DNA of 39,098 nucleotides from Candidatus Micrarchaeota archaeon (lineage in GTDB: Archaea > Micrarchaeota > Micrarchaeia > Norongarragalinales > SBBD01): positions 1 to 39,098 of the forward strand of contig JBDRLB010000042.1 in assembly GCA_043813365.1 (NCBI GenBank), read 5' to 3'. Made by a program: the position numbers and the translations under genes. This document shows positions 33,607-39,098 of this stretch, piece by piece. The first letter of the stretch is position 1, and the number at the start of each line of letters is the position of its first letter. A model generated the notes under the pieces. The model saw only the letters and a list, made by a program, of their open reading frames with translations, was not told the origin of the DNA and searched no databases.

Positions 33607-33916
33607 ATCATCGCCCTTTTATCAAATTAAGCTGGTAGAAAACGGGAAACCAAAACTGCATTCCAACAATTCCTCAGTATAAAGTAATCCTTAGAAATCG
33701 CTAATGCACTCGAGAAGGTTAAAGTGTTGTTGCCGATTAAATATTTAAATGTTCGGTTTATCTGCATCGGCGACGGGGGCACCTCTGGTTCCCCCTTGGG
33801 CCGGTTGCTCGTTCCCCCTCCGGTTGGTTTTTTCCTGCGGCGGAAGGGGTCTTCTTCAAGCCATTAAAAAAATTTTAAAAAAAGGGAAAACTTTCTCTTT
33901 GGCGCGGAGCCACTAA

Positions 33917-34017
33917 TTGTTTCTTTTGCGGCGCCACCGCTTTTCTTTACCAACCGAAAAGAGCTTAGCGCTCTTTACGGCCCCGAAAACCAAGGTCTTC
34001 GCGGAGAAAAGCAAGGC
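33917..34017. repeat. dispersed palindromic repeat element, copy 2 (extra internal hairpins)
   Basis: TTGTTTCTTTTGCGGCGCC (33917-33935) and AGAAAAGCAAGGC (34005-34017) are identical to the arms at 10310-10328 and 10347-10359. Confidence 0.75.
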
Positions 34018-34019
34018 GA

Positions 34020-34718
34020 TCACTTGTTGATCTTCTTCCTCACGTCATTTATGAGGGATTTTGCCTCATCCTGGCCGCCGAAGCCGAACGCTATTCCTAC
34101 AGCAATTGCAACCCCGTATGCCAGTGCCTGCACCATAGTAATGAACGTCTCCTTCAGGATGCCGGTATTCACGCCGACAAGCTGCAGGCCCATGACAAGC
34201 CCGAAGAACATCACTACAAACTTGGCCCCCTTGGCAACGATCCCGACCCAGCGCGATTTCATGTCGAGCTCCTTGACCTTGGCCTTCACCAATTCGCCGA
34301 AGAGCGCCGCAACCACGAAGATGATCGCCGCACCAACGACTACCGGGGCATAGATAAGCAGCATGCTCATGAATTCCGTTAGAGTGCCAAGCTGCAGCTT
34401 CGAAATGGATGCCTGGAAGAAAACCAGCACTATATAGTACTTGACTATTTTCACTAGGAAATTTGAGACTTTGAACGTCCCCAATGCATCCGCCATCTTG
34501 TTCTGGGTGAGGAACTTCTCAAAATTCGAGCCCTCGAGAGCGCGCTTGAAAATCCTTGAAATCACGAGCGCAATTACATACCCCACAAGGAATATCAGCA
34601 GAGCCGCAATGAAGTTCGGCACGAACTCCGACATCGCCGAAATGAAATTCCTCACAACATCCGAAACGGCACCCGACAATGCGTCCGGTGAATCAAATGC
34701 ACTAGCTATGTCCGCCAT
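34020..34718 (-). CDS. conserved TM-helix repeat membrane protein (CmpX / small MscS-related type)
   Basis: Duplicated F-P---AAL-I--VG motif (FVPNFIAALLIFLVG; YAPVVVGAAIIFVVA) and C-terminal AVGIAFGFGGQDEAK. Confidence 0.85.
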   Translation of the reverse strand: MADIASAFDSPDALSGAVSDVVRNFISAMSEFVPNFIAALLIFLVGYVIALVISRIFKRALEGSNFEKFLTQNKMADALGTFKVSNFLVKIVKYYIVLVFFQASISKLQLGTLTEFMSMLLIYAPVVVGAAIIFVVAALFGELVKAKVKELDMKSRWVGIVAKGAKFVVMFFGLVMGLQLVGVNTGILKETFITMVQALAYGVAIAVGIAFGFGGQDEAKSLINDVRKKINK

Positions 34719-34849
34719 AAATCAACCCACCTCTCAAAGGGCTAAACAAACCCCCTATTTAAAACTTCTGATGGAAATGCTGGGTCTTAAGTGCAAGGCC
34801 ATACTAGCCTATTCTACCCCTTTAATTACTTTTGCGAATTAATTATTCC

Positions 34850-34960
34850 AGATGATGATAACTTCTTGACTGAGCGAAAGCTGTGACGAATGACGGACGG
34901 ACTGACGCTACAAAAGTTAGTAGACGGCGCTAGCGATGACGACAGACTGAACGTCTGACG
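34850..34960 (+). ncRNA. box C/D 2'-O-methylation guide sRNA, apparently with three guide elements
   Basis: ATGATGA(34852)-11 nt-CTGA(34870)-GCGAAAGC hairpin-GTGACGA(34883)-12 nt-CTGA(34902)-hairpin-ATGACGA(34936)-12 nt-CTGA(34955). TTTAATTA box at 34821-34828; T-run at 34986-34990. Guide 2 is antisense to the 16S 1399-1408 consensus with one mismatch. Confidence 0.8.
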
Positions 34961-35050
34961 CCACTCGCAGCCTACCTCGGCCCGCTTTTTCCAATGCACT
35001 TTTTCGTGCATCCAAGCAGGCGCGAGTGAATAAATAGTTTAGTGCAGAAT

Positions 35051-35068
35051 TAGACACGAAAGTGTCTA
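35051..35068. terminator. perfect hairpin TAGACAC-GAAA-GTGTCTA between convergent units
   Basis: 7-bp stem with a GNRA loop, 36 nt beyond the stop of the uvrA-like gene; the terminator role is inferred only. Confidence 0.35.
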
Positions 35069-35104
35069 TGGGAATGAATTGTTGCGGAAATGAAGCATCA
35101 ATTT

Positions 35105-37369
35105 TTAACCAGCCGGCGCTTTAAGGACTCTCTTCAAATATTCCCCCGTATAGCTGCCTTTGCAATCGAAAATCTGTTCGGGAGTGCCTTCGAAAAGGAT
35201 TTCTCCTCCTTTGCGGCCGCCTTCTGGGCCCAGGTCGATTATCCAGTCCGCGTGTTTTATCACGTCCAGGTTGTGCTCTATTACGACCACAGTATTGTTG
35301 TTCTGGACGAGCGATTTGATTATATGGAGCAGTTTCTCTATGTCCGCTGGATGCAGGCCGGTGGTAGGCTCGTCCATGACGTAGATTCTCCCCTTTTTGT
35401 GGAGTTCTGACGCCAGCTTTATCCTCTGCGCCTCCCCCCCGGAGAGTGTGCTCAGGGGTTGCCCTATCTCCAGATAATCCAGTCCTACGTCGCAGTAAAC
35501 CCCCAGTTTTCTCCGTATTTCGGGGTCCTCGAAGAAATCTCTTGCCTCGAGAATCGTCATGCACAGCACGTCATGGATGTTTTTTCCTTTGTATTGCAGT
35601 TCCAGGACTTCATCAGTATACCTTTTTCCGCTGCATTCGTCGCACACCACCCGGACATCATCCAAGAAGCTCATTTCGTAGCTTATAGTCCCCAATCCGT
35701 TGCATTTCGGGCAGGCGCCCTCGGAATTGAAGCTGAACAGCGCAGGCGGCTTCCCTGTTGATTTGGCGAACTCCTTCCGAATCAGGTCAAAAACCCCAAT
35801 GTAAGTTGCAGGATTAGACCTCGAGTTTTTGCCAACAGGCGACTGGTCAATGACTATCGAGTCCGGGTTCTCCTTCAGGAACGTGTCGTTTATCAGGCTG
35901 CTCTTGCCGGAGCCGGCAACTCCGGTGATGCAGGTCAGGACTCCTTTTGGAATCTTGGTCGAGACATTCTTCAAATTATGGAGAGTTGCGTTGCGGATTT
36001 CAATGAACTCCCTCCATTCCTTCCGTTTCATGTGCCCATTACTGCGAGCATTGAGGAATTTACCGGTCAGCCCGCCCGATTTCAGGAGCCCCTCCACCGT
36101 CCCGGCAAAGACTACCTCGCCGCCGAGGCTCCCGGCGCGGGGGCCGATGTCCACCACGTAATCGGCGGAGAGGATGACGCTCGGGTCGTGCTCCACCACG
36201 AAAACACTGTTACCCTTGTCCCTGAGCTTCCCGAGCATCTCGATGAGCCTGTTTATGTCCCTTGGGTGGAGCCCGATTGAAGGCTCGTCCAATACGTACA
36301 TCATGTTCACGAGGTCGCAGTCCAGCTGCCGGGCCATCTTTACCCGCTGACTCTCCCCTCCGGACAGAGTCACTACGGCGCGGTTCAGCGAGAGGTAGCC
36401 GACCCCGATTTCAATCAAGTAAGCGAGAATCTGTTGCATCTTGCGGACTATGGGCTTTGCGATGTCCCCCTCCACGGTTTCCAGGAATGCGGAAAGCTCC
36501 GTCAGCTCCATGTTAACGAGTTCAGGTATGGTCTTGCCGTTGAGCCTGACGCTTCTTGCCTTCTCGTTTATTCTAGAGCCACCACAAGCGTCGCAGTCCG
36601 AGTAGATGAAGTATTTTGTGTATGCGTCCTTTCTCTCTTCGGAGAGCTGCTCCTTGGCCTTGTTGACATGGAGCCTCTCCAGCTTGCTGACGATTCCCTC
36701 ATAATTCTTAGTATATGTTCCCCCGCCGTGCTTCTTCACGATAGGTATGGCCTTAGCGTAGAGGAAGTCGTTAAGCTCCTTCTCCGAGAAGTCCCTCAGC
36801 TTCTTGTCGACTTCAAAAAGTTCGATGCCTACAATCTCCCTCCAGTTCCAGCCGCCCACCCTGTAGTCTGGGTGGTTCACAGCGCCCTCGCGTATGGTTT
36901 TTTCCTTGTCAATGAGCCCCTCCACGTCAATTCGTATGCGTTTCCCGAGCCCCTTGCAGGCTTCACACATGCCCATCGGGTGGTTAAAACCGAAAGCGAA
37001 AGAGGGACCGATGAACGTATCCCCGCACCTTGAGAAGAGGAGCCTCAGGTACGTGTAGAGTTCAGTTGCAGTCCCAACGGTGCTCCTCAGGGTAACGCCC
37101 ATCCTCTTCTGGTCAATAACAATTGCGGTCGAGATGTTCCGTATCTCGTCTACATCGGGCTTGGAGAGCTTGGGCATCCTGCTCCTTGCAAAAGAGGAGA
37201 AGGTCTCGATGAGCTGCCTCTGTGCCTCCGTATAAACGGTATCAAATACGAGAGAAGATTTCCCGGAGCCGGATATTCCAGTGAAAACAACTACCCGGTT
37301 CCTAGGGATTTCAAGCGAAATATTCTTGAGATTGTGGGTTCGTGCCCCCCTGATGATGATGTTTTCCAT
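35105..37369 (-). CDS. UvrA-family ABC ATPase, short class II (UvrA2/DrrC-like), 754 aa
   Basis: [10 protein letters not shown], Walker A GISGSGKS and GVAGSGKS, two LSGGE signatures, LDEPSIGLH and MDEPTTGLH, CxxC pairs. About 190 aa shorter than canonical UvrA, with no UvrB-binding insert. Confidence 0.92.
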   Translation of the reverse strand: MENIIIRGARTHNLKNISLEIPRNRVVVFTGISGSGKSSLVFDTVYTEAQRQLIETFSSFARSRMPKLSKPDVDEIRNISTAIVIDQKRMGVTLRSTVGTATELYTYLRLLFSRCGDTFIGPSFAFGFNHPMGMCEACKGLGKRIRIDVEGLIDKEKTIREGAVNHPDYRVGGWNWREIVGIELFEVDKKLRDFSEKELNDFLYAKAIPIVKKHGGGTYTKNYEGIVSKLERLHVNKAKEQLSEERKDAYTKYFIYSDCDACGGSRINEKARSVRLNGKTIPELVNMELTELSAFLETVEGDIAKPIVRKMQQILAYLIEIGVGYLSLNRAVVTLSGGESQRVKMARQLDCDLVNMMYVLDEPSIGLHPRDINRLIEMLGKLRDKGNSVFVVEHDPSVILSADYVVDIGPRAGSLGGEVVFAGTVEGLLKSGGLTGKFLNARSNGHMKRKEWREFIEIRNATLHNLKNVSTKIPKGVLTCITGVAGSGKSSLINDTFLKENPDSIVIDQSPVGKNSRSNPATYIGVFDLIRKEFAKSTGKPPALFSFNSEGACPKCNGLGTISYEMSFLDDVRVVCDECSGKRYTDEVLELQYKGKNIHDVLCMTILEARDFFEDPEIRRKLGVYCDVGLDYLEIGQPLSTLSGGEAQRIKLASELHKKGRIYVMDEPTTGLHPADIEKLLHIIKSLVQNNNTVVVIEHNLDVIKHADWIIDLGPEGGRKGGEILFEGTPEQIFDCKGSYTGEYLKRVLKAPAG

Positions 37370-37773
37370 GCCTCACACCTTACTCCAGTTCTTTTTCGTA
37401 TTCTTTTACCCGCTCCAGTTCCTGGTAGTATTTGATTCCTTCGGAGAGTTTTTCCCCGCACAACCGTCGATTTAAACCGTTCCCGCAGTTTCTTAGGCGT
37501 TAAGGATAATAGTCCGCACCTATTATTAACTATTTTTCGATTGACAGAACAAACTCACCTCGTTTCCGCGGAAACGCACCGTGTTCCGGGCGTCAGGTCA
37601 AGTACTTCACAGCTAGCGGACGGACCGATCCGACCTTTTTCTTTCTTCTTTGAAAGAAAAAGCCCTGCGGAAAAAGAAAGAAGCAATTTCCCTCGAAAAG
37701 AGTATTCTACGCCCCCTTCCCAATCGGCAAAAGGTGGAAGAAGCAATTATAATTTTGTCGCTATGAGGATTCC

Positions 37774-38346
37774 ATGGAAATCGGGAAGACGCTCTACTGC
37801 AAAAACCGGGGGGAATGGCGGGCATGGCTGAAGAAGCATTCCAAAACCGAGAAGGAAATCTGGCTCATTTACTACAGGAAGGCGACGGGGAAGCCGAGAA
37901 TACCGTACAATGATGCGGTGGAGGAAGCGCTTTGCTTTGGTTGGATTGACAGCATTGCCAAGCGGATCGATGAAGAAAAATACGCCCAGAGATTCTCGCC
38001 GAGGAGGAAGGGAAGCATGCTCTCGCAGATGAATAAGGAAAGGATCAGGAAGATGATTAAGGAAGGGAAAATGACGGATGCGGGGCTCGAGGCGGTGAAG
38101 CATGCATTTGATGCAATTACGGATAGGGAGGATGATTTTGAAATTCCCGCGGAAATTCTGGCGGAAATAAAAAAGGACGGGGCCGCATGGGAAAATTTCA
38201 AAAACTTCCCGGAAGGCTACAAACGCATACGGATCGCATATATTGAGAGCCAAGGCTTCCACAGCAGGGTTGCTTATGAAAGGAGCCTTCGGCACTTCAT
38301 ACGGATGACCGCGAGGAATAAACGGTTCGGCTTCATAAGGAATTGA
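37774..38346 (+). CDS. YdeI/OmpD-associated family protein
   Basis: EWRAWLKKH, EIWLIYY, YNDAVEEALCFGWIDS, RFSPRRKGS..SQMNK, GKMTDAG. Confidence 0.92.
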   Translation: MEIGKTLYCKNRGEWRAWLKKHSKTEKEIWLIYYRKATGKPRIPYNDAVEEALCFGWIDSIAKRIDEEKYAQRFSPRRKGSMLSQMNKERIRKMIKEGKMTDAGLEAVKHAFDAITDREDDFEIPAEILAEIKKDGAAWENFKNFPEGYKRIRIAYIESQGFHSRVAYERSLRHFIRMTARNKRFGFIRN

Positions 38347-38410
38347 GCGTTTTCCATAGAAACAGATCGAGGGATAACCCTATAAAAACAATGGGAGGAA
38401 AATCTATTTT

Positions 38411-39098
38411 ATGCGGGCGCTTGTTACCGGCGGGACCGGTTTCATTGGTTCCAATCTGGCAGGGAGGCTGATAAGGGAAGGATGGGGTGTAACAATTACC
38501 GGAAGGAAGGGGGAACAGGAAATCCCGGAATTGAAGAATCCGGTTGTGGAAGGCGATTTGGGGAAAATCGAGTGGCACAAATTGGGGAGGTTCGATGCGG
38601 TCTTCCATCAGGCCGCAATTACGGACACGCTGGTGACGGATGAGAAGGAGATGATGCGCGTAAACTGCGAAGAGGCAAGAAGGCTGTTCGAGTTTGCAAA
38701 GGAATCCGGCTGTAAAAAAATAGTTTACGCTTCTTCAACGGCGGTTTATGGCGCAGGGAAAACCCCATACAGGGAAACGGATGATCCGGTGCCGCTGAAT
38801 GCTTATGGAAGGTCAAAATTGGAACTCGATAAATTTGCCATGAAGTTTGCATCTGAAAATCAGGATATGACGGTTGTGGGGCTGAGGTATTGCAATGTAT
38901 ATGGACAGGGCGAATCGCACAAGGGGAAAATGGCGAGCATGGCACTGCAGATTGCAAAGCAAATGAAAATCGGGAACCCCAAATTGTTCAAATGGGGGGA
39001 GCAGAAGAGGGATTACATTTTTGTCAAGGATGTGGTGGAGGCGAATTTGCTTGCATTGGAGGCGAAAAAAAGCGTTGTGCTGAATTGCGGAGGGGGGA
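38411..39098 (+). CDS. ADP-L-glycero-D-manno-heptose 6-epimerase-like extended SDR (partial, runs off window)
   Basis: Translated by hand: MRALVTGGTGFIGSNL...FHQAAITDT...YASSTAVYG...PLNAYGRSK...GLRYCNVYGQGESHKGKMAS...GEQKRDYIFVKDVV. FHQAA-xDT and E-HKG-MAS are HldD/RfaD-type motifs. Confidence 0.85.
   Translation, partial: MRALVTGGTGFIGSNLAGRLIREGWGVTITGRKGEQEIPELKNPVVEGDLGKIEWHKLGRFDAVFHQAAITDTLVTDEKEMMRVNCEEARRLFEFAKESGCKKIVYASSTAVYGAGKTPYRETDDPVPLNAYGRSKLELDKFAMKFASENQDMTVVGLRYCNVYGQGESHKGKMASMALQIAKQMKIGNPKLFKWGEQKRDYIFVKDVVEANLLALEAKKSVVLNCGGG

Noticed and set aside
33765..33870. SRP RNA or RNase P RNA
   Set aside because: The SRP helix 8 motif and the RNase P GAGGAAAGTCC motif are absent, and the segment is too short.
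37560..37630. 5S rRNA (minus strand CCCGGAACACGG resembles loop C)
   Set aside because: No helix I end pairing, no GTTAAG-like motif after loop C, and the overall length and helices do not fit.

Overview
Archaeal chromosomal segment, most likely DPANN and Micrarchaeota-like (inferred from the divergent 16S, intron-rich tRNAs and giant membrane-anchored proteins). RNA genes: the 5' ~436 nt of a 16S rRNA gene (minus strand) with a 34-nt bulge-helix-bulge (BHB) intron in helix 11, tRNA-Gln(CTG) with two introns, initiator tRNA-Met with a non-canonical intron, and an unannotated C/D-box guide RNA that appears to carry three guides. The largest features are two paralogous surface proteins (2346 and 2114 aa) that share an N-terminal chassis of ~775 aa. 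One carries an intact M23 (peptidoglycan endopeptidase-type) domain and a Tyr/Ser/Gln/Gly low-complexity loop; the other carries large Cys-rich blocks. Housekeeping genes: PurA, metazoan PAICS-like PurC and class II PurE, three cation antiporters, rpS8e, Cgi121, TFE, aCPSF1/FttA, proteasome beta, a protease-less Lon-like ATPase and a HerA-like protein with a degenerate P-loop. Also present: a decayed vapBC pair, a 50-aa half-SWIB protein missing from the ORF track, a class II UvrA, YdeI and a partial HldD-like epimerase. All calls are by eye from motifs; no database searches were run.
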